Origin: Candidatus Woesearchaeota archaeon
Lineage (GTDB): Archaea > Nanobdellota > Nanobdellia > Woesearchaeales > JAGWAF01
NCBI GenBank assembly: GCA_018303205.1
Contig: JAGVYP010000066.1
Location: 4,706-68,705, forward strand
Direction: 5' to 3'
Length of the DNA: 64,000 nucleotides
The translations under genes were made by a program, and so were the position numbers. Positions within the stretch are counted from its first letter, which is position 1. Each line of letters starts with the position of its first letter. The notes under the pieces are model-generated. The model was not told the origin of the DNA, searched no databases, and was given only the letters and a program-made list of their open reading frames with translations. Shown here in pieces: positions 9,035-18,533 of this stretch.

Positions 9035-10284
9035 GGTTGATAATCTCGAATCCTTTCTGCCAACAACTTAGTACCTTGTCTAATACCATCTAAATCCATG
9101 TTTCCTGTAGAGACTCTTAACAAATGTCTGTGAGAGGTTCTTACTCTTTGTTCAGGATCATAGTTTTCGAAAGATCCTGTTAGGACATGGGGATGTTGAT
9201 CATATAAAAAAACAGTTAACTCTCCAGCATGTATAGCTCTAGGTAATTCTAATACTGAAATCATATGACTCGGAGAAGGCCTTCTTATCCTCATTTCAGG
9301 ACAAGCTTGTCCTAATTCACTATCCAATACGTCATTTCTTCTTTCTAATTCTTTCAATGCAGGTTGTTCACCGTAGATAAATATATTTTCTACAGTTCTT
9401 GCCAGTCCAAAAGGAGGAGGAGACACTCTCGGAACACTTTGTTTTACTTTCCGATTTCCTTCTGGAACAAGAATATAAGAAAGATATCCACAAGGTTTAT
9501 CCCCAAAACGCTTAGATAAGCCTTCAACAACATAAGGCATGGTAAACCATCTGCTTAAAGACTCTCTTTGTCCAAGAGGCTGATTACCCCTCATCACATC
9601 ATCTATAATAATTTCAACACCATATTTTAATGCAATAGTATCAATCTCTCTCGCTGCTGCTTCAGAAATACGATAAAGTAATGGATTAACAGGATCAACA
9701 AGAACCAAAGCTTTTATTTTCTTCTTTGGTGCAATCTTCCTAAAATTATCAACTAATTCTTGCTCTGTACTTGCCTCAAAATAAGCAAAATCATATTCCT
9801 GATTAGCAAAACCATCTAAGTTCCAAAAATGCCAATTAGGCAAAGGCATTGCAATTTGTCCACTTCTTCCAGCAAAGGCACGAAAAAGAAGGTCTATAGA
9901 TTGCCTGGTAGGTATCGGCAAAACAAAAACATCTTCCTCAGAACCATTCCATTCTGTTTCTCTTTTGCGCATATCACTAAAAACTTTTCTTATCTCACCA
10001 ACATCTTCTGTTTCCCCCGTTTGAACACCCACTCCTATTTCATCTCTTACAGAATCAAGAATCCCTTCTGGAATATATTTTGTAGCATTAAAATTATAAT
10101 GCGCTGTACCCAAATCATAAGTCACACAAGGACTATGACTCCTCTGACCACTTTGTATAATGATTAATCCTGATGATTCTTGAATTTCTATTAGTGGTGA
10201 TCCAGAACCACTTAAGAGAATATCTATTAGCGTTATTTCTATAGGTTTTTTCCTTCTCCTTTCTTCACTCATCACTCTGTTCAA
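9031..10284 (-). CDS. class I/II aminotransferase-fold protein, tandem paralog
   Basis: Same length (417 aa) and motif set (LVLVDPVNPLLYRI; LSKRFGDKPCGYLSYILVP). 4-nt overlap with the downstream paralog. Confidence 0.5.
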   Translation of the reverse strand: MNRVMSEERRRKKPIEITLIDILLSGSGSPLIEIQESSGLIIIQSGQRSHSPCVTYDLGTAHYNFNATKYIPEGILDSVRDEIGVGVQTGETEDVGEIRKVFSDMRKRETEWNGSEEDVFVLPIPTRQSIDLLFRAFAGRSGQIAMPLPNWHFWNLDGFANQEYDFAYFEASTEQELVDNFRKIAPKKKIKALVLVDPVNPLLYRISEAAAREIDTIALKYGVEIIIDDVMRGNQPLGQRESLSRWFTMPYVVEGLSKRFGDKPCGYLSYILVPEGNRKVKQSVPRVSPPPFGLARTVENIFIYGEQPALKELERRNDVLDSELGQACPEMRIRRPSPSHMISVLELPRAIHAGELTVFLYDQHPHVLTGSFENYDPEQRVRTSHRHLLRVSTGNMDLDGIRQGTKLLAERIRDYQP

Positions 10285-10416
10285 TTGCCTATTTTTATAA
10301 AAGTAAGCTTTTCTAGGAGAAGGGATATCACTCTACAACTTCTTTTATCTTTTTCCTTGGAAATCTAAGCCTAAAAATAAGAAAAACATTTAAACTCCTG
10401 CCTTTTGCTTTAGAAC

Positions 10417-11010
10417 ATGAAAACAAAACCTCCCAGAACTGAAAGAAAGAAAAGAACAGGATGGTATATTACTCTTTTCATAGCTGGAGTTATGGTACTC
10501 AGTATTTTTGGCATTATAAACAATCCTGATCAAGCACAAAGCTATACTTATCAAGAATACACCTTTACCTATAACCAAAGAGATTTTCAATATGATACTA
10601 AAATCAATGACAAAACCGTTAAGTTTACCTTTCTTCCTCAAGACGTAGAATCACTTTCACTCCAAGATATCACACAACTTAAAGATACTAACTCTTTTTT
10701 GATGACCTATGACCCTACTGATCTCTATGCTGAAACGCTGGGAAGCATACAATACCTTTTAGAAACAGAACTTTATGATCATAAGAACATTATCGTACAG
10801 CGAGGCTTAGTCAATGCAACAGGGTACAGCTTGCCTGAAGTAACCTGTGCAACTGCAACGCCCCAGAATCAAGTCTTACTCTTTAGAACAGCAAACCAAA
10901 CCTCTTTTACACATGAAAACTTCTGCTTTATCATTGAAGGTAGTACCCAAACTGATCTTATCCAGTATTTTGACAGATTACGCTATGCCCTCTATGGAGT
11001 TATTGCATGA
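10417..11010 (+). CDS. membrane-anchored extracellular protein, Cys-motif family (paralog 1 of 3)
   Basis: N-terminal basic segment plus TM helix. C-terminal domain carries the conserved pattern C(T/A)…(V/I).(L/F)L…I.L…NC…G…A..R..(L/W)Y shared with 11007..11729 and 20712..21443. Confidence 0.5.
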   Translation: MKTKPPRTERKKRTGWYITLFIAGVMVLSIFGIINNPDQAQSYTYQEYTFTYNQRDFQYDTKINDKTVKFTFLPQDVESLSLQDITQLKDTNSFLMTYDPTDLYAETLGSIQYLLETELYDHKNIIVQRGLVNATGYSLPEVTCATATPQNQVLLFRTANQTSFTHENFCFIIEGSTQTDLIQYFDRLRYALYGVIA

Positions 11011-11729
11011 AAGACATTGAAAAAGTAGGAAAACTTCCCTTCACCAGAAAAACTATGCATGAAATGCTGGGAGAGAAACCTGAGGAAAAAGAAGCAGCAC
11101 CAAAAACTACTCAACCTATCAAAGAAGATAAGGCAAAAGAACAAAAACAAGAACGCATCATCTTCTGGACCGTCATAGGAATCATTGCAATTTTCGCATT
11201 CTTTCTGCTCTGGAAACTCTTTATTCCTGTGCAAGACGGAGAAGGCACTGAGTATGTTATTTATAACGATAATTATTTCACCAAAGAAGGTTTGTTCTGG
11301 GTTACCCAATGTGTGAGGAATGACACAGTTTATAATCTTCCTTTTCGTTATAATCCCTATGAAGTACTTGATGTCAAATTAGAAGGTATTTTAGATGAAC
11401 GTTTTCACCAAGGAAGAATTTACATTACCCATGACCCCGCAGAACATAATCTCTCCTATGTTGCTATTTCAGCTATTGCCTTTTCTGAGAGCATGGTCAG
11501 AGCATTTAATATCATGCCTGTTGCAGCATGCACAAAACAAGAAACAGAGGGATGCATTGACAGACCTATCATTGATTGTACTGCTCAAAATGCCTCTGTG
11601 ATTTACCTGCGCGATGCTGCACCCACACGTATTATTTTGAATGGTAACTGCATGACTGTGCAAGGTGAAAAAGAAGAATTACTTCGCGCAACAGATCGTG
11701 TTTTATTGCGATGGTATAAAATTTTATGA
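11007..11729 (+). CDS. membrane-anchored extracellular protein, Cys-motif family (paralog 2 of 3)
   Basis: TM anchor (IIFWTVIGIIAIFAFFLLW). C-terminal AACTKQETEGCIDRPIIDCT…NGNCMTVQGEKEELLRATDRVLLRWY aligns with the 20712 protein. 4-nt overlap with the upstream paralog. Confidence 0.55.
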   Translation: MKDIEKVGKLPFTRKTMHEMLGEKPEEKEAAPKTTQPIKEDKAKEQKQERIIFWTVIGIIAIFAFFLLWKLFIPVQDGEGTEYVIYNDNYFTKEGLFWVTQCVRNDTVYNLPFRYNPYEVLDVKLEGILDERFHQGRIYITHDPAEHNLSYVAISAIAFSESMVRAFNIMPVAACTKQETEGCIDRPIIDCTAQNASVIYLRDAAPTRIILNGNCMTVQGEKEELLRATDRVLLRWYKIL

Positions 11730-12325
11730 CACCCCACTATTTTTCCCAGCATCAAACTTCTTCTTATCGCGAACAGGAATTTTCAGCTGTGCTTCACGGA
11801 AATACCCTTACCTTTCTTACCGCTTCAGGAGTTTTTTCTTTGAAAAAAATAGACAAGGGATCTGCATTATTAATAGAATATTCCCAGATTCCAGAACAAG
11901 CAAAAACCATCCTTGATCTTGGTTGCGGGTATGGAGCAGTAGGCATTGCACTCGCAAAAGCATTTCCTGAAAAAGAAGTGCTCATGAATGATGTGAATGA
12001 GCGTGCAGTATTTCTTTGCCAGAAAAACATTAAGAAAAACAATCTTGAAAACGCAAAAGTTGTTATCAGCGACGGATTTGAAAAAATAAACAAAAACTTT
12101 GATGTTATCTTACTGAATCCTCCTCAAACAGCAGGAAAAAAAGTGTGTGAAAAATTAATGGAGGAATCTTTTCATCATCTCAATGAAAAGGGAACATTGC
12201 AAATCGTTGCCAGACATCAAAAAGGAGGAAAGTCCTTAAGTGAACACATGAAAAACGTTTTTGGAAACCTTGATATCCTTGCTAAAGGAGGGGGTTACAG
12301 GGTGTATATAAGTAAGAAAGAATGA
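11726..12325 (+). CDS. class I SAM-dependent methyltransferase (RsmC/small-domain MTase-like)
   Basis: Motif I LDLGCGYGAVGIALA and acidic loop LMNDVNERAV. Confidence 0.7.
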   Translation: MTPHYFSQHQTSSYREQEFSAVLHGNTLTFLTASGVFSLKKIDKGSALLIEYSQIPEQAKTILDLGCGYGAVGIALAKAFPEKEVLMNDVNERAVFLCQKNIKKNNLENAKVVISDGFEKINKNFDVILLNPPQTAGKKVCEKLMEESFHHLNEKGTLQIVARHQKGGKSLSEHMKNVFGNLDILAKGGGYRVYISKKE

Positions 12326-12332
12326 TATAACG

Positions 12333-12902
12333 TTATTTTTGAATTTGTATTTCTCCTTTTTTTATTATCATCTTTGTAACAGAAGGCGCATCTTTATTGT
12401 TGTAGGAAGTAATACTTGCTATGTTCAGAGAGGTTCCCACTGGAAAGATGCTTTCTTTTCCGCTATGCTCATGCAGATGGCCGTGCACATGAAGCATATT
12501 TTTATTTTTTGTTTCTTCTAACATCTTTGTTATCTTTGCATCTCCCACATGACCAACTCCTTCAACCCAATCTTGGTCAGTTTCAGACAAGGGAGGTCCA
12601 TGTGTTACAAAAATCAGAGGTTCGTTTTGTTTTTGAAAGAAAGTAATTTTCTCTTGTGTTTCTTGATACTCTTTCTCTTCTAACGTAAATCCTTCTTTGG
12701 TAATGAATTGTTCATCATGATATCCTCTCAATGCTACCAGATTAACACCTTCAAGATCTGCATCATACAAATCAAAAACTAAAGGATATCTTTCTTGTAA
12801 TGCAGCTATTCCAGAAAAATAAACCTCTTGTTCTTCATGATTTCCAGGAATCACATATATCGGAATTCCTAGTTCTGCAAAAGGGGTAATGCCTTCAATC
12901 AT
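12333..12902 (-). CDS. calcineurin-like metallophosphoesterase
   Basis: Motifs GNHE, VTHGPP, HVHGHLHE. Confidence 0.75.
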   Translation of the reverse strand: MIEGITPFAELGIPIYVIPGNHEEQEVYFSGIAALQERYPLVFDLYDADLEGVNLVALRGYHDEQFITKEGFTLEEKEYQETQEKITFFQKQNEPLIFVTHGPPLSETDQDWVEGVGHVGDAKITKMLEETKNKNMLHVHGHLHEHSGKESIFPVGTSLNIASITSYNNKDAPSVTKMIIKKGEIQIQK

Positions 12903-12918
12903 CTCTTTTTTATTATCC

Positions 12919-13068
12919 TTACTCTCTGGATACAGGGATTGAAGGCATTACCCCTTTTTCGCTCACGATACCTAGGGTTATAGGCTCTTCTTCTCCACAT
13001 CCTATAAGAATAAAAACGAAAAAAAAGAGTACTACCATCTTGTTTATGTTCTTCATTTTTTTGAACAT
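12919..13068 (-). CDS. candidate small lipoprotein (49 aa)
   Basis: Hand translation MFKKMKNINKMVVLFFFVFILIGCGEEEPITLGIVSEKGVMPSIPVSRE. Signal peptide with a lipobox-like LIGC. Below the ORF-track size cutoff. Confidence 0.3.
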   Translation of the reverse strand: MFKKMKNINKMVVLFFFVFILIGCGEEEPITLGIVSEKGVMPSIPVSRE

Positions 13069-13125
13069 GAGGGTTCTTCTTAAAAACCTTTTATTTTTCT
13101 ATATAGAAAATATTGTTTTGAAGAA

Positions 13126-13140
13126 CACTTTTATATATAA
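13126..13140 (+). promoter_or_regulatory. candidate archaeal TATA box (CTTTTATATATAA) about 25 nt upstream of the 13160 ATG (near-leaderless)
   Basis: AT-rich TATA-like octamer at the appropriate distance from the signal-peptide-containing start. Confidence 0.35.
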
Positions 13141-13159
13141 ACTCCTGCTCAACACTCCT

Positions 13160-13900
13160 ATGAAATCCTTCATCCTTATTTTCCTTGGCCTTCTGATCTT
13201 CTTAGCAGCTTGTACTACAGAAACTATACCTACAGAAACTACGCAAAATACCACATCAGAACAATCAGACCAAGAAGCTCCTGCTATTCTCCAGCCTAAC
13301 CAAATACTGGTCTGTGATGGAGAACATCAAGTAGTAGAAGGATTCCAATGCGTTTGTGAGCAAGGCTATAAAGTTTGTAACAAACAATGTGTTCCCGAAT
13401 CCCAATGTTGCACCAATTCTGATTGTCCAAGCGGTATTTGCACCAATGGTGCTTGCACTAATCCTTGTGAAAACACCTTTTGTCCTATCAACCAAGTTTG
13501 TGATCCGAACACAGGAAAATGCGGATGTACAACAGGAAACAAATACTGCAACAAACAAGACAGGTGCATTGCACTCAGCCAATGTTGTGACAATGCAGAT
13601 TGCAACAGAGCAAGAGAAGGAAGAAGATGCGTTGAAATCACTACTTCTGTTAATGTTTGCGTCAATGATGGCGCATTTTGCAAATGGGTTAGGCTTGATA
13701 CTCCTGCAAATGTTGCTCTCAACCAAACAGGATTTACCATTAAAGTAGAAGAACTCTATGATAGCAATCTTCTCGATGTAACAATCAATGATGTTCTTTT
13801 TGAAAGGCAAGCAGTGCCTGGAACAGTTATTGTCGGTGCTGATGAAATCACCTTTTCAGAATTTAAACTTTCTGGCGGGCAATGCCAAGAGTTTTCCTAG
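13160..13900 (+). CDS. cysteine-rich secreted lipoprotein with EGF/granulin-like repeated Cys modules
   Basis: Likely true start at 13160 (MKSFILIFLGLLIFLAACTTE, lipobox). About 40 Cys in repeated C-x-C…C-N…C modules (…QCVPESQCCTNSDCPSGICTNGACTNPCENTFCPINQVCDPNTGKCGC…). The ORF-track start at 13040 is probably too far upstream. Confidence 0.6.
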   Translation: MKSFILIFLGLLIFLAACTTETIPTETTQNTTSEQSDQEAPAILQPNQILVCDGEHQVVEGFQCVCEQGYKVCNKQCVPESQCCTNSDCPSGICTNGACTNPCENTFCPINQVCDPNTGKCGCTTGNKYCNKQDRCIALSQCCDNADCNRAREGRRCVEITTSVNVCVNDGAFCKWVRLDTPANVALNQTGFTIKVEELYDSNLLDVTINDVLFERQAVPGTVIVGADEITFSEFKLSGGQCQEFS

Positions 13901-13940
13901 AATTGTCCGTTATTTTTTACTTTTATTTCTATCTTTTTTC

Positions 13941-14040
13941 AGGTCATCACGGAGGTTTACTCTTCGTCCCTCAGAGCTCCTGCGAAATCAATCCTGCATG
14001 AATCGGATTGATTTCTGGTTTTACTCCAAGGTGATGACCT
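13941..14040 (+). repeat. Structured repeat element, copy B (perfect 10-bp inverted repeat AGGTCATCAC/GTGATGACCT)
   Basis: GGAGG…[gaaatcaatcc TGCATGAATCG ggattgatttc]…CTCCAA core. Lies between convergent genes. Confidence 0.75.
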
Positions 14041-14073
14041 TGGTATATTGAATGCTCAACAAATATCTTTCTT

Positions 14074-15704
14074 CTACTCAACCTTCTTACAAGAACACGA
14101 ACAAACATTTTCTTCATCTAAGGAACTTTTTTCATAAGCCAAGAAACGATCATTGCATTTTTCCCTACAGCTCTGTTCACAAAGAGCTTTGTGTTTTGTT
14201 GCTTCATCAACTTCCTCTTCCTTGATATCATACACATACACAGAATACCCCGGCATTGCAATCGGAGTTTTCTCCCGTAGCCAAGCATAACACTCAGCAT
14301 AATACGGCTCCAAACCAATCAATGCATTAATGCTAATAACAGCAATACCAGGCAATGGCAAACATCCTAACTCATGCGCTTTGATACCATAATATTCTAT
14401 AGGCTCATGCCCAAAATACTTGATATTCACTTCCTCAATACCCTCTTTTTTCAAATACGAAACAACCCTCTTCAAGTCCTGTCCCCAATCAAGATTAGAA
14501 TCAAGCAATACTTCTTTTCCCTGTTCAGGACCTCCAGCAAAGACATTGAAATATGCAAGATACTGCGGCATAATCAAAAGATGAGAAAGTACAAAACCCA
14601 AAATAAGAAGCGCCATGCAACAGGAAAAAATATTCTTTTTCATTTTCTCTTTTATCTCTACATTCACAACTTTACTCACAAAAACGATAAGAAAAGGATA
14701 TACAGGCAGGATATGACGTACACCAATATTAATGTTGTTCATCATAAAAAAAACAAGATAAGCAAAAAAAGGAATGATCAAGAAAAATTCTTTTTTCCAA
14801 GATAAGGAAGGAATTTTTTTCCAAAAAAGAACAACTAAGATAAGGAGAGCAAAAAGCGCAGGAGGAGTCTTAAAAAACACTCTGAATGAAGCATGACATC
14901 TTTCAGTCCCACAAAAAACGCTTCAAAATGTACAAATTGGTAAACAGCAAACACAAAAAAAAGTGCGACGATAAAACTAGGAAAAAACCACTTTATTTTT
15001 TTCAAATACCCTTTTATTCCCTCACTTTTATCCTCTTTTAAGAAAAACCAGAGAAATACCAATAGTATTACAACGGGAAAAATAAGAATCCCAGAAAATT
15101 TACTTGCGAGACATCCACCCAAAGCAGTGCCAAGCAATACTGCTCGTTGCCAAGAAGGCTGCTGAAGATATCGCCATAAAAGATAGACACTCAAAAAGAA
15201 AAATAAGGTAACACCCAGATCAGTTGTCACATACTTACTATGTGCAAGGATATTAGGCTCTAATGCAATAAAAAATGCTGCTAATAATCCTGCTTTGACT
15301 CCATACAAACTTCGTGCGAAAAGAAATACGATAAAACATAAAAAAAGTCCTGCAAGAAGAATAGGCATTCTCGCCCAAAAAACAAGTTGTTCTTTTTTTT
15401 CAGGATTATTCAGAAAGAAAAATCTTCTTCCAAACTCCCACTGATCAGCTGTCTTCCAACTTGTTCCTGTATCATATTCAGGATCCAAGAAAAGCATGGG
15501 AAAACCTGCAAGAAGTTTCATCAAAGGAGGATGCTCAGGATTCAGACGATAATCTTGCAATTTCCAATAGGTAAATCCTGCAGGGATATGAGCAAATTCA
15601 TCAATCGTAAGAGAATCCCCCTTCATACTCCCTATTCCAAGCGAAAACATGAGCAGTAAGATGATCGCTAAAATTCCATACTGATACTTTTCAACAAAGC
15701 TCAT
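14074..15704 (-). pseudogene. ArnT/PMT-family GT-C glycosyltransferase split into two frames (N-part 14835..15704, C-part 14074..14880) at an A6/T6 homopolymer (14872-14877)
   Basis: N-part carries DEFAH…HPPLMK (the DE…(K/H)PPL hallmark of COG1807 GT-C enzymes). Both frames are open across 14837-14922. Adding a single T to the T6 run fuses them (…LHSECFFKTPPALFALL…) into a GT-C protein of about 555 aa. Confidence 0.6.
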
Positions 15705-15728
15705 GAAAAAAAGAAGAAAAGATCCTAT

Positions 15729-16430
15729 TTATGCTTTTCTATGTTTCCAACGCATTTCTAAAATGTCCTTAAACATCTTCAAAGAGTCTTTTAATGGGTT
15801 TACTTTGCTTTCTCGAGAATTTTTCCAGACCACCGGAACTTCCTTGATGTCATACCCAAGACGGGATGCTAAAAAAAGTGCTTCCACATCAAAACTAAAA
15901 CCATTCAGATACTGTCTTTTGAAAATGTCCTGAGCAGCTTTCTTTGAGATCAACTTAAAACCACACTGTGTATCTTTAATGCCCCATAATCCTAAAGCTT
16001 GTACCATCTTATTACATGTTTTACCAAGCAAAACGCGATACAAAGGCTGTCTTTCTACAATAAGAGATCCTCGCAATGCTCGTGACCCAATAATAACCTT
16101 ATATGTTGCTTGCTGTTCTTTTAATTTTTCAAACTCTTCTATAGGAGTAGACAAGTCAGCATCGCTAAACAAGATCCAAGAGTGTTTGCTTTCCAACATA
16201 CCTCTTCTAATGCTATACCCTTTTCCCTTATTCTGCTCATTTCTGAGAATCTTGATGTTTGCGTTGTGAAGCTGTTGCACTTTCTCTATTGTTTTATCTG
16301 TGCTTCCATCATCAATAATAAGAATTTCAAATTGTTTCGTATTTTTTTCCAGATACGGAATAACCTTCTCAAGCGTTGCTTGAATTCTTCTTTCTTCATT
16401 ATAACACGGTATGACCACAGAAAGGTTCAT
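15729..16430 (-). CDS. GT2 glycosyltransferase, dolichol-phosphate mannose/glucose synthase-like (Dpm1/AglD-like)
   Basis: MNLSVVIPCYNEERRI…ILIIDDGSTDKT…FSDADL: canonical GT2 DxD/DAD pattern. Confidence 0.8.
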   Translation of the reverse strand: MNLSVVIPCYNEERRIQATLEKVIPYLEKNTKQFEILIIDDGSTDKTIEKVQQLHNANIKILRNEQNKGKGYSIRRGMLESKHSWILFSDADLSTPIEEFEKLKEQQATYKVIIGSRALRGSLIVERQPLYRVLLGKTCNKMVQALGLWGIKDTQCGFKLISKKAAQDIFKRQYLNGFSFDVEALFLASRLGYDIKEVPVVWKNSRESKVNPLKDSLKMFKDILEMRWKHRKA

Positions 16431-16760
16431 ACGCTGAGAAAATTCTCCATGGTTTATAAAGTTATGTTCTCTATGAGGTATCTTATCACCCGTATAACTT
16501 CTTTTTCAAGAAGAGATCTTTTTTTTATCGTCATCATTTTTTCTCTTTTATCATAATCATTTTCTTGTCTCTAAAACTCTCTTTTATTTTTCTTTGAAAC
16601 ACAAAAAGTTCCACCATTCTTTGAATGTTATTTTTTTATAAAAAAAGATAGGAAAAGTAGAGAGAAGAAAAAGAGAAAAATAAAAGGAAAATAATTCTTT
16701 ACCTTCCTTTGTACCTTCTAAAAGCGTACTTTTTTAAATGGGATTATTTTCCCTTACTCT

Positions 16761-18032
16761 ATGGCCACGATAAGTCTCTGCATTATTGCTAAAAATGAGG
16801 GAAAACGCCTTGATCACTTTCTTACCCATCATGAACCACTTGTTGATGAAATTATCCTCGCAGATACCGGAAGCACGGACAACACCAAAAAAATAGCTGG
16901 CAAGCATTCCAAAGTAACCCTCTTCGATATTCCTTGGGAAGATGATTTTAGCAAAGCAAGAAATGAAACTTTAAAACGTGCAACAAAAGACTGGATCCTT
17001 ATTCTTGACCCTGACGAGGAAATTGCGGTTGTTGACTTTAAAAAAATACGAAGAGCAACAAATGTAGAGAAAGCAGACGCCTATATGCTCCAACAAGTAA
17101 CCCCTGTTCTTGAACAAAGACCCTCCTATCTCGTATCCTCTACCCCCGTACAAAATATTCTTGTGCGATTATTTAGAAACCATCAAGATATTAGCTTTCG
17201 TTACAGAGTACACGAAATTGTAGAATCTGTTCTCGTTGAAAAGAAAAAAAACATATTCTCTCTTCCTGTCATTATTCATCATCAAGGATTACAACAAGAA
17301 AAAAAACTATTAGAAGCAAAACATGAGTATTACAAAAAGCTTATCGCTCTGGAACTTAAAGAACTACCTCAAGATCCCAAACCCTGGTTTGAAATGGGTT
17401 CTTACTATTATTTTCGTGAAAAATATAAAGATGCACTTCCCTATTTTGAAAAGGCTGCCCAACTCAGCGTACGAACAGCAAAACCCTGGGACTTTCTAGG
17501 ACATACCTACTATAAACTTCATCAGGATGAAAAAGCATTTGATGCCTATAGACACGGAATCTTAGTCTCACAAGATGTCGCAGGTGATTTTCGCAATCTC
17601 GCATATTTTTTCTTACGAGAAAAAAAAGAACAACTGGCTCAACAAGCATTTGGCGAATCACTCAAACATGACCCTACAGATATCCCCACGCTTAACAATG
17701 CAGCATTCCTTTTTTTAAGACATCATCAACAAGAAAAAGCAGAACAACTCTTAAAAAAAGCGCTTCAGGAAGCGAAAAATAAAAACATCAAAGCACCCTT
17801 ACAGACTTTTACCAACCTTGCTATGCTTTATCTCGAACAAAGAAGAAATGAAGATGCAGAAGCCATGTTCAAACAAGGATTACAACATCAACATCCCTCA
17901 GCATATATCAATCTTGCCCAGTTTTATGAAAAAACCGGAAGAAAACAAGAAGCACTTACAATCTTACAAGAAGCAGAAAAAAAAGGAATCAAAGATGAAA
18001 CCTTACAAAAAATAAAAGAGGAACTCTCATGA
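16761..18032 (+). CDS. GT2 glycosyltransferase domain fused to C-terminal TPR repeats
   Basis: N-terminus ISLCIIAKNEGKRLD…ILADTGSTDNTKKIA…DPDE (GT2). C-terminal half has about 6 TPR-like repeats. Confidence 0.7.
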   Translation: MATISLCIIAKNEGKRLDHFLTHHEPLVDEIILADTGSTDNTKKIAGKHSKVTLFDIPWEDDFSKARNETLKRATKDWILILDPDEEIAVVDFKKIRRATNVEKADAYMLQQVTPVLEQRPSYLVSSTPVQNILVRLFRNHQDISFRYRVHEIVESVLVEKKKNIFSLPVIIHHQGLQQEKKLLEAKHEYYKKLIALELKELPQDPKPWFEMGSYYYFREKYKDALPYFEKAAQLSVRTAKPWDFLGHTYYKLHQDEKAFDAYRHGILVSQDVAGDFRNLAYFFLREKKEQLAQQAFGESLKHDPTDIPTLNNAAFLFLRHHQQEKAEQLLKKALQEAKNKNIKAPLQTFTNLAMLYLEQRRNEDAEAMFKQGLQHQHPSAYINLAQFYEKTGRKQEALTILQEAEKKGIKDETLQKIKEELS

Positions 18033-18421
18033 ACGAATCTACCGAAGCATTTAAACAAGGAATCTTCTCCTTAGAAAAAAAAAGCTATGCAGATGCTAGT
18101 GCTTACTTTGAAAAAGCAGTTGATCTCAACCCACAAAATCTAGATCATCATTACTATCTTGCATTTTCCTATGCACGACAAGGCAAGTTTCCTGTTGCCA
18201 TGAGAATGATCAGAAGAGCATTAACTTTGTCAAAGGAAAATCTGAAAACGTACAATCTGCAAGAACCCTATGCTGCCTTTTTTGTCTTAATAGGAGCAAT
18301 TCATGAAGAACAAGGTGTCTTTCCTAAAGCTGTGCGCGCTTATGAAAAAGCCATGAAACTGGGAACTCCCAAAAAAGACATTTTACAAAAAAGAATAGAC
18401 CACATGAAAGGGAAATACTAG
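18029..18421 (+). CDS. small TPR-repeat protein
   Basis: 130 aa with 3 TPR-like units (…YADASAYFEKAVDLNPQNLDHHYYLAFSY…). 4-nt overlap with the upstream GT2-TPR gene. Confidence 0.55.
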   Translation: MNESTEAFKQGIFSLEKKSYADASAYFEKAVDLNPQNLDHHYYLAFSYARQGKFPVAMRMIRRALTLSKENLKTYNLQEPYAAFFVLIGAIHEEQGVFPKAVRAYEKAMKLGTPKKDILQKRIDHMKGKY

Positions 18422-18533
18422 CATTATTCTTCTTTTTTTATACCTTTTATTTACTACACTTTTAAAAAATACACGTAACTCTACTCCCAGAGAAACCATA
18501 ACACATAAAAAGGGAGACTTTCTTCTTTTTGCT

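Noticed and set aside
13941-14040. The repeat elements as C/D box sRNAs (copy B contains GTGATGA)
   Set aside because: RUGAUGA occurs only in copy B and sits inside its copy-specific flanking inverted repeat. There is no consistent C/D/C'/D' arrangement across copies, and the length (about 100 nt) is atypical.
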